64,000 bases of DNA, taken from NCBI GenBank assembly GCA_934393265.1, contig CAKRQL010000005.1, positions 1,897 through 65,896 on the forward strand. Reading direction: 5' to 3'. The notes under the pieces are model-generated. The model made no database searches. It was not told the origin of the DNA and saw nothing but the letters and a program-made list of their open reading frames with translations. The position numbers and the translations under genes were made by a program. This document shows positions 40,113 through 48,523 of the stretch, in pieces (position 1 is the first letter of the stretch; each line of letters starts with the position of its first letter). Source of the DNA: an uncultured Eubacteriales bacterium. GTDB taxonomy: Bacteria; Bacillota; Clostridia; Oscillospirales; CAG-272.

Positions 40113-41305
40113 AATCGCTAAGAGAGCTTTACCGCGTCGGCAGAGGTCCGTCAAGTTCTCACACGATAGCACCCGGAAGAATAGCCGCCTATGCCCTCGC
40201 AAAATACGGGCATGTGCCATACCGTGTACGGTTATTCGGCTCTCTCGCCCTCACGGGACAGGGGCACGGAACCGACAGAGTGATCCGCGAGGTGCTCGGC
40301 GACAGGACGGAGATAATCTTCGACACGGAGCGGCAGGACCTCCCGCATCCGAACTACATGGAGATATACGAGGTGACGGGGGACGGAGAGAGACTTCTCT
40401 TCACCGCCGTCTCCCCCGGAGGAGGGGCAATTCTTATCGACGGGCAGGACCCGGACATATCGGGCGGTGAGGTGTACCCGGAGCAGAATTTCTCTGAAGT
40501 GCGCAAAAGCCTTATTGACCTCGGAATAACCCTCCCGGAATACGTAAGGCTCCGCGAGCCGGGAATATGCTCCTATCTTCTTGATATATGGAACGCTATG
40601 CGTGAGTCGGTCGAGCGGGGGCTCACCCGTGACGGGGTGCTCCCCGGGGGGCTGTCCCTTGAACGAAAGGCGCACTCGCTGATATCCGAAAATTCAAAAT
40701 ATGAGCCCTCGCTCATGCATGAGAGCCGTCGGCTCTCTGCCTACGCCCTTGCCGTCGCGGAGGAGAACGCCGACAACGGCATTGTTGTCACGGCGCCTAC
40801 CTGCGGCTCTGCGGGGATACTCCCTGCCGTCCTCTACTATATGTACCGCGACTACGGAGTACGGGAGGGGGAGATACTCGACGCCCTCGCCGTCGCTGGG
40901 GTTATCGGAAACACGGTGAAGCAGAACGCCTCAATAAGCGGGGCTGAATGCGGATGTCAGGCGGAGGTCGGCGTCGCGTGCTCTATGGCTGCGGCTGCGC
41001 TCGCGCAGATTTACGGGCTCGGCACCGAGGTTATTGAATGTGCGGCGGAGATAGCGCTCGAGCACAATCTCGGACTCACCTGCGACCCTGTCTGCGGGCT
41101 CGTGCAGATACCCTGTATCGAAAGAAACGCGATGGCGAGCATAAAGGCTATGAGCGCGGTCATGCTCGCGCGCTCGCTCGCAAAGAAGCAGAAGGTATCC
41201 TTCGACAGTATAGTCGAGGTAATGTACCGTACAGGGCTCGACATGAGCTCGGATTACCGGGAGACGAGTGCCGGCGGGCTCGCAAAATTCTACACCGCGA
41301 AGTAA
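40109..41305 (+). CDS. L-serine ammonia-lyase, iron-sulfur-dependent, single-chain form
   Basis: 398 aa. N-terminus LYRVGRGPSSSHTIAP. Cys ligand region APTCGSAGILPA. 4-nt overlap with the upstream gene. Confidence 0.8.
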   Translation: MKSLRELYRVGRGPSSSHTIAPGRIAAYALAKYGHVPYRVRLFGSLALTGQGHGTDRVIREVLGDRTEIIFDTERQDLPHPNYMEIYEVTGDGERLLFTAVSPGGGAILIDGQDPDISGGEVYPEQNFSEVRKSLIDLGITLPEYVRLREPGICSYLLDIWNAMRESVERGLTRDGVLPGGLSLERKAHSLISENSKYEPSLMHESRRLSAYALAVAEENADNGIVVTAPTCGSAGILPAVLYYMYRDYGVREGEILDALAVAGVIGNTVKQNASISGAECGCQAEVGVACSMAAAALAQIYGLGTEVIECAAEIALEHNLGLTCDPVCGLVQIPCIERNAMASIKAMSAVMLARSLAKKQKVSFDSIVEVMYRTGLDMSSDYRETSAGGLAKFYTAK

Positions 41306-41321
41306 AACCGTTTCAAAACCA

Positions 41322-41350
41322 TTGACTTTATACTTTTCGGGTGTTATACT
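41322..41350 (+). promoter_or_regulatory. Sigma-A-type promoter (TTGACT-17-TGtTATACT)
   Basis: -35 at 41322-41327 and -10 at 41345-41350, upstream of the exonuclease gene. Confidence 0.55.
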
Positions 41351-41388
41351 GTTTAAGTACAATATTAAATTTCAGCAAAGGAAACCTG

Positions 41389-42369
41389 ATGTACTATATA
41401 ACACTGGATCTTGAATGGAATCAGGCGTATGCGCAGAAAGCGATAGCCGTCCAGAAGCAGCTGTGCTGTCGGCTGCGCGGCGAGGTGATACAAATAGGGG
41501 CGGTAAAGCTCGACGAGGAGCTCAACCCCTGCGGCTCATATCAGATAATCGTCCGCCCGAAATACTTTAAGAAAATGCACCGTCACGTCTCGGTGCTCAC
41601 CGGGATTACGCAGGAGCAGATGGACCTCGGTGTCTCGCTGCCCGAGGCGGCAGAGTCATTCCGCAAATGGTGCGGCGAGGATTTCGCGTTTCTCACATGG
41701 GGTCCGGACGATATTCCCATGCTTGAGGACAATTTCAGAATACATAAGCTGCCGTATGAGTGGCTGCGCCGCACATACGACCTCCAGCACATATTCGGCA
41801 TGGAATGTGGCGAGCCGAAAAAGCAGCGTTCGCTCGAATATGCTATGGAGTACTACGGAATACCGCAGACGCTCCCCGCGCACGACGCGCTGAACGACGC
41901 ATATTTCACGGCTCTCGTCGCCGCGAGGATAAACGTGAAGGAGGGAATTAAAAAGCTCTCCGACCCGTCGGCGCAAAACCTCTCCGAATGGGTTATAGGC
42001 GACGCGGACGCGGGAGACGACGGATATGTCACGACGGCGGAGCTGCTCGCCGACGAGGCGGTGCGCATGCCGCCCTGCCCTATATGCCGCGAGAAGATGC
42101 AGCAGCTCACACGCGCACGGCACACAAAGGGACAGAAGTACACAAGCCTCGTCAGCTGTAAGCAGGACGGGACGATGTTCTTAACGCTCAGGCTCCACAA
42201 GAATTTCAACGAGACGTGGCGCGCCCGCGCGGCACTCTCCCCCGCGACGGAGGAGGAAATAGCCGAATACAAAGCCGCCGTACAGCAGGACCTGAAGAAC
42301 CGCAAGGCATATCGCCGTCCGCGGCGCAGGCAGTACAAAAACGGCTCCGGCGACGGCGGGACGGATTGA
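41389..42369 (+). CDS. DEDDh-type 3'-5' exonuclease with C-terminal Cys-containing domain
   Basis: ORF 41341..42369, trimmed to ATG 41389 (AAAGGAAA RBS). ExoI-like ITLDLEWN, and ExoIII-like PAHDALNDAYF. Confidence 0.7.
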   Translation: MYYITLDLEWNQAYAQKAIAVQKQLCCRLRGEVIQIGAVKLDEELNPCGSYQIIVRPKYFKKMHRHVSVLTGITQEQMDLGVSLPEAAESFRKWCGEDFAFLTWGPDDIPMLEDNFRIHKLPYEWLRRTYDLQHIFGMECGEPKKQRSLEYAMEYYGIPQTLPAHDALNDAYFTALVAARINVKEGIKKLSDPSAQNLSEWVIGDADAGDDGYVTTAELLADEAVRMPPCPICREKMQQLTRARHTKGQKYTSLVSCKQDGTMFLTLRLHKNFNETWRARAALSPATEEEIAEYKAAVQQDLKNRKAYRRPRRRQYKNGSGDGGTD

Positions 42370-42414
42370 TTTTCTCATATTTTCGCAAAAATCAAAAAAA
42401 ATTCGTCAAAGCTA

Positions 42415-42443
42415 TTGCAATCCGTAAACAGTTATGCTATAAT
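42415..42443 (+). promoter_or_regulatory. Strong sigma-A-type promoter (TTGCAA-17-TGcTATAAT) for the 39-aa ORF
   Basis: -35 at 42415-42420 and -10 at 42438-42443. Shares the CAAAGCTATTGCA...TATGCTATAAT skeleton with the rimP promoter. Confidence 0.65.
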
Positions 42444-42491
42444 CAAGCTACAATCAATTATGCTTCTCCCGTTTCACATGGGAGGAATATT

Positions 42492-42611
42492 ATGACATAC
42501 GAAGTTCCTGTATGCGAAGTCATAAAGCTCGACAATGTAGATGTACTTACGGCAAGTTTCGGTGATATGAGTATCATCGATATGCCGAATAGTGATCCTA
42601 CTAACTACTGA
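42492..42611 (+). CDS. Small acidic peptide, 39 aa (MTYEVPVCEVIKLDNVDVLTASFGDMSIIDMPNSDPTNY)
   Basis: Internal ATG of ORF 42216..42611. GGGAGGAA RBS 7 nt upstream, dedicated promoter and dedicated terminator. No family recognised. Confidence 0.5.
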   Translation: MTYEVPVCEVIKLDNVDVLTASFGDMSIIDMPNSDPTNY

Positions 42612-42637
42612 TTCGGGTAAGACTTTGACCGGGCGAA

Positions 42638-42680
42638 ATGAGGGCGGCTATCCAATCGGCTTGCCCTCATTTTTCTTCTT
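42638..42680 (+). terminator. Rho-independent terminator after the 39-aa ORF
   Basis: 8-bp stem atgagggc/gccctcat followed by ttttcttctt. Confidence 0.7.
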
Positions 42681-42735
42681 GACTGACACATTCGGGGCAG
42701 ACCGAAAGAACACAAAAGAACTTGTGTTCTTTCTT

Positions 42736-42756
42736 CCGCCGTTTTCGTTCTCTGCC
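42736..42756 (+). repeat. 21-nt direct repeat A, copy 1 (ccgccgttttcgttctctgcc)
   Basis: Identical copy at 42946-42966 (210 nt apart). Preceded by an 11-bp hairpin aaagaacacaa/ttgtgttcttt (42705-42732). Confidence 0.85.
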
Positions 42757-42896
42757 GTATGAAATACGGCTACGAGACCGAAGAACGACGACTCTGCCTC
42801 CGACTGTGCCAGCCAATCGCTCCGCACTCTGCCGTATGTAAATACGGCGACGAGACCGAAGAACGACGACTCTGCATCTGTCTATGTCAGCCAACC
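42751..42896 (+). repeat. Tandem pair of ~68-nt repeat B (42751-42818 and 42828-42896)
   Basis: About 88% identical by hand alignment with a 1-nt indel. Each copy starts with the hairpin gccgta-loop-tacggc and contains acgagaccgaagaacgacgactctgc. Confidence 0.8.
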
Positions 42897-42945
42897 ATTC
42901 TTTTTGGTTCAGCGCAGAACGGGAAAGTTGAAAATACTTTCCCTG

Positions 42946-42966
42946 CCGCCGTTTTCGTTCTCTGCC
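42946..42966 (+). repeat. 21-nt direct repeat A, copy 2
   Basis: Identical to 42736-42756. Preceded by the 8-bp hairpin gggaaagt/actttccc (42921-42943). Confidence 0.85.
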
Positions 42967-42988
42967 TCATTTGCTTTTAATAATTGAG

Positions 42989-43040
42989 CCGCACGGCGCA
43001 TTGCGCCGTGCGGTTCTCTTTTCGGTTTCGGTTTTTTGCC
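42989..43040 (+). terminator. Strong hairpin plus T-tract (terminator of the repeat region, plus orientation)
   Basis: 12-bp perfect palindrome ccgcacggcgca/tgcgccgtgcgg followed by ttctcttttcggtttcggtttttt. Confidence 0.7.
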
Positions 43041-43047
43041 GTGTTGA

Positions 43048-45468
43048 TTACTGTTCCTTTATATAGGGAATATTCTTTATTGCATTGCAGCTTGAATTTG
43101 TAAGCGAGACGGTGCCGCCCGTCACGTTCCTCACCGTGACGCTCGTCGGGAGGGTGTACGGGTTCACCGTATCCGTGCTCGGGTCATAGGTGCTCGCGGC
43201 GCCGCGCACGACGGGCGAGAGAACATATATCTTCGGAGATGATGAGGTAGAGACAACCGTGAAGCCGTCTACGCTTATGCTCTTTGCAAGCGTGCACTTA
43301 TATCCGAACCAGTGCCCTGTGCCGTTACTCAGAACATAATTTGCCTGTATCACATAGGCGGTCGAGCCTGCGCCCTCAAGCCGGCAGTCCTTTATGTTGA
43401 TGTCGCCGTCCCACGTCGCGCCGTAATCCTCGCGCAGGGTCAGGAAAACCGAGCCGTAACGGGTCACATTTTCTATCACAAGGTCTCCGCCGCCGATAAT
43501 CGTTATGCCTATTCCGATAGTGCTGTCCTTTATCGTCGCGTTCCAGCAGCCCTTATGCGCGTCAAAGCGGGAGAGGGTGCAGCCCGTCATCGAGAGGTTT
43601 TTACTGTAATTCGAGGCATGGACACCCCATGCGACGCGCTGATTTCTGAACGCCTGCGAAGCCGTGCTCTGCGACTGAACACAGTCGACCCAACGGACGT
43701 CGTTTGAAAGCGAGGAATATGTATCGTATGTTCCCGAGCTGTACACCTTATGTCCTGTCATGACGCAGGAATTAATCTCGACATTCGTCGAGTTGTATAC
43801 TCCGAAGAAGCCCATATAAGGCGCGCCGGTATTCCCCTCGTCGGTTATATAATGCTTTACGCCGGTTATCACCGTGTTACTGCGGTAAACCGCTATTCCG
43901 CGGCGGTAATAGTAGGCGACATCAGCGGCATTTGCCCTCGTTGTGACCGTGCCGCCGGTGAGAGTTATGCCCTTTACGTCCGCACGGTATGCCACCGCCT
44001 GGGTTATCTCGTCGTAATCCCAGAGTATCGGGGTCGAGGGGTCTACGTTTCCGTCCGCGTCGACAAGTATTATCTCCTGCGTATCCTGCCCGTTATCCTG
44101 ATTTGCGCCGTATCTTATATACTTTTTCGCCCCGCTCCAACGGAGGTAGACGAGTGCCGGGTAACCGAGGCTGACGCCTATATTCGTCTGTCCGGCACGC
44201 AGAGAGCCGATGTCGCTTATCGTAGCGGGGGCGTAATCCGACTCTATCATAAAGACCTCATAGCTTCTCGAGCTGTTTGCAGAGTCTATGCCCCTGTCGT
44301 CGAATATGAACGAAGCACCGGTCCAGACAGTGTCGGTCTTTACGCTTATCGAATCGGGGTGCGCGCCTATATAGTAGGTTGCGCCCGGGGTGGCATATAC
44401 GCGCTGTCCCGTTTGATTTGCCCTTGCATGTGCCGCCTTTATAGCGAGGAAATCGTCGGTCACGCCGTCTCCGACAGCACCGAAGTCCGAATAATACAAT
44501 TTCGTCACATCACGGCTCCAGCTGTAGCCGTCCGGGAGCGAAACGCTCTCCGCGCCGGAGAGAAAGACCTCATTCATAAATTCGGAATAGGTCTCGGCGA
44601 AAAGCGAGGGAACGGAGCAGCCTATCGTTATTTTCTTCCCCGATATACTGACGAGGAAGCCGTATCCTCCGGTCTCCTCCTCTGTCGCAGCAGTGAAAGA
44701 TATAACATAGTCTCCCGGCTTATCGGCAAATTCAAGCCACGCGCCGGCGGATTTATAGAGAGTGTCGCGGAAGGCGGTCGCAAGTGCGCGCACATCATTA
44801 TCCGACGGGGCGGCATACAGAGACCAGAGAGAAATATCATAGCCGGAGAGAGCTATGCTTTTCAGCTCATACTCCGTATGCACTGTCTCGGAAAGCGAAC
44901 GCGGGACACGGACGGTCTTTCCGTCGTCGCGCACCTCAAGTGCGGAGAGAAGCTTATTAACCGCAGTCGCGGCAATATCCGGCGAGCCGGGGACTATCAC
45001 CACGCGGTCTCCAACCGTTTTTATGACATATCCGAGGTCGCCGACGGTGTGAACATCGACGGCACAGTCCTCGCGGAACATGAGATTATCGCCGAGGAGA
45101 ATCTCACAGTCGGAGACGCTGCCGCTCTTGTAATCCTCCGCGCGGGTCGTCTCTATCCCGAGCTCCGAGAAGTACTCTTTCATCGTAGTAAATGCGGAAT
45201 ACACGAGCGGGTCAAGGTTTCCGCCGGTTATGAACTGAAATTCCGCCGTGCCGTCCTTTACAAGATATATGTAGTTTTCGGTATCCGGCGGCTCGGTACT
45301 CCCGCCATTATTTCCGCCGCCACCGTTTCCGCCGTTGTTGCCGCCGTTGTTGCCGCCGTTATTACCGCCGTTATTTCCGCCGCCGATCTTCAGAATACAC
45401 GAAGCCGCGGAAAGAGCCACGGCGATTACAAGGGCGAGCGTGAGCAGTGCCGATATGAGTTTTTTCAT
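43048..45468 (-). CDS. Secreted lipoprotein with right-handed beta-helix (pectate-lyase-superfamily-like) domain
   Basis: ORF 43048..45489, trimmed to ATG 45468 (GGAGGTG RBS). Signal peptide plus lipobox LSAASC, a (GGNN)n linker, and FGAVGDGVTDDFLAIKAAHARAN typical of Pectate_lyase_3-like beta-helices. Confidence 0.78.
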   Translation of the reverse strand: MKKLISALLTLALVIAVALSAASCILKIGGGNNGGNNGGNNGGNNGGNGGGGNNGGSTEPPDTENYIYLVKDGTAEFQFITGGNLDPLVYSAFTTMKEYFSELGIETTRAEDYKSGSVSDCEILLGDNLMFREDCAVDVHTVGDLGYVIKTVGDRVVIVPGSPDIAATAVNKLLSALEVRDDGKTVRVPRSLSETVHTEYELKSIALSGYDISLWSLYAAPSDNDVRALATAFRDTLYKSAGAWLEFADKPGDYVISFTAATEEETGGYGFLVSISGKKITIGCSVPSLFAETYSEFMNEVFLSGAESVSLPDGYSWSRDVTKLYYSDFGAVGDGVTDDFLAIKAAHARANQTGQRVYATPGATYYIGAHPDSISVKTDTVWTGASFIFDDRGIDSANSSRSYEVFMIESDYAPATISDIGSLRAGQTNIGVSLGYPALVYLRWSGAKKYIRYGANQDNGQDTQEIILVDADGNVDPSTPILWDYDEITQAVAYRADVKGITLTGGTVTTRANAADVAYYYRRGIAVYRSNTVITGVKHYITDEGNTGAPYMGFFGVYNSTNVEINSCVMTGHKVYSSGTYDTYSSLSNDVRWVDCVQSQSTASQAFRNQRVAWGVHASNYSKNLSMTGCTLSRFDAHKGCWNATIKDSTIGIGITIIGGGDLVIENVTRYGSVFLTLREDYGATWDGDINIKDCRLEGAGSTAYVIQANYVLSNGTGHWFGYKCTLAKSISVDGFTVVSTSSSPKIYVLSPVVRGAASTYDPSTDTVNPYTLPTSVTVRNVTGGTVSLTNSSCNAIKNIPYIKEQ
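45301..45387 (-). repeat. Coding 12-nt tandem repeat encoding (GGNN)n linker
   Basis: Translation reads GGGNNGGNNGGNNGGNNGGNGGGGNNGGS immediately after the lipobox Cys. Confidence 0.85.
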
Positions 45469-45518
45469 ATTCACCTCCGGAAAAATCATGCGTTGACCGA
45501 TTTTATCTTCTTTATTAC

Positions 45519-45547
45519 ATTATACTCCCGCGCGCATAAAAAATCAA
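45519..45547 (-). promoter_or_regulatory. Sigma-A-type promoter (TTGATT-17-TATAAT) for the lipoprotein gene
   Basis: Minus-strand reading: -35 at 45542-45547, -10 at 45519-45524. Confidence 0.5.
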
Positions 45548-45585
45548 GTATTGTCGACATAACTTTGATTAACGGAAAGTAAATT

Positions 45586-45631
45586 TGCAGAAAAGAAAGA
45601 TAAAACGCTCCTCAAGCATGAAGAGCGTTTT
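45586..45631 (-). terminator. thiT terminator
   Basis: 9-bp stem aaaacgctc/gagcgtttt, followed on the minus strand by ttatctttcttttct. Confidence 0.65.
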
Positions 45632-45658
45632 CATTATCCGCGTTTTCAGGGGGGGATT

Positions 45659-46303
45659 TCAGTTGTCCTCGTCGTCGCTGTCACGCTGTGCGTCGCTTGC
45701 GGGCTGTTCTACCGCCATTGTGCCTCTCGGCGGGAGACCGACGAGCTTTCTCATCTGCGGGACGTTCAGAAGCACTATCGCCGCGGCAAGGCAGATCGCA
45801 AAGTCGGGGAGGAGGAAGCTGCCGTTATAGGAAATAGAATATACCCAAACATTATTGAAGCCCTCGGGCATATAGTCCTGCCACGCCGTCCATATGGTAG
45901 CGCCGGAAACAAGGTGGCAAAGGAGGCGCGCAGCCGCCGAGAAAAACATACCGACATAGGGCATTATTCCCTTCTTGCCGAAAACTCCGGCAAGACCTAT
46001 TATTGTAAACGGAAGTATGTAGTCAAAGAGTATGCACATGACAACCGCCTGCCATGTATAGAGATACGGAAAGACGTTACCCGCGGCGAGCCCCTGAAGA
46101 AGCTGTGTAATCGAGTATACAAAACCCGTTCCCAATCCGATTACGGGACCGTATTTTATGCCTATCAGCATTATCGGGAGCATACTGCAGATTGTTACCG
46201 AGCCGCCGAGCGGCATCTCGAAAATCTTCGCATAGCTCAGTGCAAACGCGAGCGCGACCATCATTGCACACTCACAGAGTGTGCGGACCTTTGTGTTTCT
46301 CAT
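45659..46303 (-). CDS. thiT: ECF-transporter S component for thiamine (ThiT)
   Basis: ORF 45659..46369, trimmed to ATG 46303. Multi-pass membrane protein directly downstream of a TPP riboswitch. Confidence 0.8.
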   Translation of the reverse strand: MRNTKVRTLCECAMMVALAFALSYAKIFEMPLGGSVTICSMLPIMLIGIKYGPVIGLGTGFVYSITQLLQGLAAGNVFPYLYTWQAVVMCILFDYILPFTIIGLAGVFGKKGIMPYVGMFFSAAARLLCHLVSGATIWTAWQDYMPEGFNNVWVYSISYNGSFLLPDFAICLAAAIVLLNVPQMRKLVGLPPRGTMAVEQPASDAQRDSDDEDN

Positions 46304-46399
46304 ATAGTACACTTTCCCCGGGATATGTCCCGGAACAAAAAAATTACCGCCAAGACAAAATCGTCTCACCGGTAAGATAATAACTATATCGAAATCGAA

Positions 46400-46488
46400 C
46401 TATCTTCCTACGACGGCATTATCCGTATCAGGTTAAAGGGTTCGGGTCTCCCCGTCTCAGCCTCAAAAGAAGCACCCCTGACTATTCT
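46400..46488 (-). promoter_or_regulatory. TPP (THI-box) riboswitch
   Basis: The minus strand reads ...caggggtgcttcttttgaggctgagacggggagacccgaaccctttaacctgatacggataatgccgtcgtaggaag..., which contains the conserved GGGGUGC, CUGAGA, ACCCUU.AACCUGAU..GGAUAAUGCC elements. Confidence 0.85.
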
Positions 46489-46502
46489 GTTTGGCAAGGA
46501 GA

Positions 46503-46531
46503 ATTGTAGCACAAAGTGCCCGCTTTGTCAA
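46503..46531 (-). promoter_or_regulatory. Sigma-A-type promoter (TTGACA-17-TACAAT) driving the riboswitch-thiT unit
   Basis: Minus-strand -35 at 46526-46531 and -10 at 46503-46508. Preceded by the hairpin tctgccgaaaattcggcaga. Confidence 0.65.
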
Positions 46532-46570
46532 GCGGTCTGCCGAATTTTCGGCAGAAACCCTACAAAAACC

Positions 46571-46582
46571 GTACACGGGTAT
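46571..46582 (+). repeat. Intergenic motif, copy 4 (gTACACGGGTAT)
   Basis: Between the thiN stop and the thiT promoter. Confidence 0.7.
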
Positions 46583-46585
46583 ACA

Positions 46586-47200
46586 CTAATCAAAGAGCCG
46601 CTGTATTATCAGGAGTGCCCCGTCGGAAACGGAGACGGTCATGTCAGAGTTTTTCATTACATTTGAGACGCCGAGGGGGTAATCCGGGGTCATGTCGATA
46701 TTCTCCGCCCCGTACTCAGCGCCGCGGACGGTCACCCCGTGTGCCGCACCGCCGAAGGCAAAGACCGAGATATGCGTCCCCGCTCTGCCGCGGAAGGTGT
46801 GCTCCTCGTTCAGAAGAACATAGGTATGCGACTTGTCCGAGACGAGGACGCCTCTGTCCCCCGCGCGGCGCATCGTAAGGAGGAGTGCGTAGTTTGCAAA
46901 GGTATGGTCCTCTCGTCCTCCCGTGCCGCCGTGGAGCTCAAAGTCACGGTAGCCGCGCGCCCTGCCCTCCCTGTAGGCTATGAACATATCGGTCTCGTCT
47001 TTTCTCACCGGGAAGCGGTGAGTTTCAACCCCATGCGGCACCCCGTGTATCGAATCGAGGTCGCCGATAAGGACATCCGGGGTTATGCCGCGGGATATGA
47101 GACTGTCGTATCCGCCGTCGGCGGCTATTACAATATCGCCATCCCCCGGGTGTATCACGCCGCCGAAGTCCCCGGCGCCGACAATATAGCATTTCCCCAT
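46586..47200 (-). CDS. thiN: Thiamine diphosphokinase
   Basis: ORF 46586..47224, trimmed to ATG 47200. Motifs IVIAADGG, LIGDLDS and DETDM. Confidence 0.82.
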   Translation of the reverse strand: MGKCYIVGAGDFGGVIHPGDGDIVIAADGGYDSLISRGITPDVLIGDLDSIHGVPHGVETHRFPVRKDETDMFIAYREGRARGYRDFELHGGTGGREDHTFANYALLLTMRRAGDRGVLVSDKSHTYVLLNEEHTFRGRAGTHISVFAFGGAAHGVTVRGAEYGAENIDMTPDYPLGVSNVMKNSDMTVSVSDGALLIIQRLFD

Positions 47201-47201
47201 A

Positions 47202-48458
47202 TCAGCAGCCCGCCATCTCGTCAATAGCCCGCATTACGCCGAGCTTCCCGTATTCATACGTGAGACCGCCCTGAAGGTAGGCGGTATACGGCTCTGTCAG
47301 CGGTCCGTCACAGGAGAGCTCGTTTGTCGCACCGGTGACAAAGGTGCCGGCAGAGGAAATCTCCGGGTGCGGGTAGCCGGGCATGTCCGACGGGACCGGC
47401 GTGCAGTACGCCTCTACCGGCGAGCCCTTCTGAACCCCTATACAGAATTTTATGAGCTTCTCCGCCGAGTGCAGATCTACCGTCTGGACTATATCGGTTC
47501 GTTTCTCGTCGTAGCTCGGCGAGACGTCGGTATACCCCGAGAGAGCAAGCATACGGGCGGCGAACGCCATTGATTTGAGCGTCGCAGCGACGGCAGAGGG
47601 CGCCATGAACAGTCCCTTGTAGAACGAGGCAAGCTGATTGAAGTTTGCGCCGAGGCTCTTTCCAACGCATGGGGCTGTCAGCCGCTCGGCTATATCCTCT
47701 ATAACATCCCTGCGACCGACACAATACGCCCCGCTGACGGCGTGTCCGGCGCCGAGATTCTTCATCATCGAGCCGACAAAGACGTCCGCGCCGACATCGG
47801 TCGGCTCCCTGTCCTCGGTAAACTCGCCGTAGCAGTTATCGACCATGATAATAGTATCCGGCGACGCCTCGCGGCAGACCTTTATAGCCTCGGCTATTTT
47901 ATCTATCGTGAGACTTCTTCTGTGGGCGTAGCCGCGGCTGCGCTGTATGGCGGCGACGCGGACATCCCCGCGGGAGAGCCGCTCTCTTATCGCGTCAAGG
48001 TCAAAATCGTCGCCGCGGAGGGCTACCTCGTCATATTTTACTCCCCATTTTATAAGGGAATTACGGCTGTCCCCCGATGTTCCTATTACGCTCTGGAGGG
48101 TGTCATACGGTGTGCCGGATATATAGACCAGCGTCTCGCCCGCGCGGAGCAGCGCGCTCATCGTGACGTAGAGGGCATGGGTGCCGGACATCAGCTGCGG
48201 GCGAACAAGCGCGTCCTCCGCATTAAAGATTTTCGCGTATATTTCCTCAAGTTTTTCTCTTCCCGCGTCGGTATACCCATATCCCGTAACCTCTATAAAA
48301 TCCGAGCTCGAGAGCTTACATTCCTGAAAGGCACGGAGCACCTTTGCCGAGCAGATAAGGGCGTTCTCGTCTATTTTCTTAAATATCCCGGTAAGGTCAG
48401 CCTCTGCCATCCCGGCGAGCTTTACCGTTTTGTCGCTTATATCGTATCCGTAATACAT
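47202..48458 (-). CDS. Methionine gamma-lyase-family PLP protein (YnbB / aluminium-resistance-protein family)
   Basis: 418 aa. N-terminal ...VLRAFQECKLSSSDF..TGYGYTDAGREKLEEIYAKIF is characteristic of this family as I recall it. Confidence 0.75.
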   Translation of the reverse strand: MYYGYDISDKTVKLAGMAEADLTGIFKKIDENALICSAKVLRAFQECKLSSSDFIEVTGYGYTDAGREKLEEIYAKIFNAEDALVRPQLMSGTHALYVTMSALLRAGETLVYISGTPYDTLQSVIGTSGDSRNSLIKWGVKYDEVALRGDDFDLDAIRERLSRGDVRVAAIQRSRGYAHRRSLTIDKIAEAIKVCREASPDTIIMVDNCYGEFTEDREPTDVGADVFVGSMMKNLGAGHAVSGAYCVGRRDVIEDIAERLTAPCVGKSLGANFNQLASFYKGLFMAPSAVAATLKSMAFAARMLALSGYTDVSPSYDEKRTDIVQTVDLHSAEKLIKFCIGVQKGSPVEAYCTPVPSDMPGYPHPEISSAGTFVTGATNELSCDGPLTEPYTAYLQGGLTYEYGKLGVMRAIDEMAGC

Positions 48459-48506
48459 TTACCTTTTTTCAAACCTCAAAATCAAGTATTTTTCTTCAAA
48501 ACTGCC

Positions 48507-48518
48507 GTACCCGTGTAT
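48507..48518 (-). repeat. Intergenic motif, copy 5 (ATACACGGGTAc on the minus strand)
   Basis: Between the HAD hydrolase stop and the ynbB-like start. Confidence 0.65.
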
Positions 48519-48523
48519 GATTT

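Noticed and set aside
42759-42980. 73-aa Cys-rich ORF with an internal peptide repeat (KYGxETEERRLCxxLCQP x2), tempting as a multi-core RiPP precursor
   Set aside because: The peptide repeat simply mirrors the 68-nt DNA tandem repeat. The ATG sits inside a hairpin with no purine-rich RBS, and the ORF runs through hairpins and the 21-nt repeat. It is treated as noncoding unless expression data say otherwise.
45301-45387. Regular short repeats that could superficially resemble a CRISPR-like array
   Set aside because: The period is only 12 nt, there are no spacers, and the repeats are in frame inside a well-supported CDS (GGNN linker).
43750-45582. 610-aa + strand ORF
   Set aside because: It is antisense to the beta-helix lipoprotein gene, which has a signal peptide, lipobox, RBS and recognisable domain motif.
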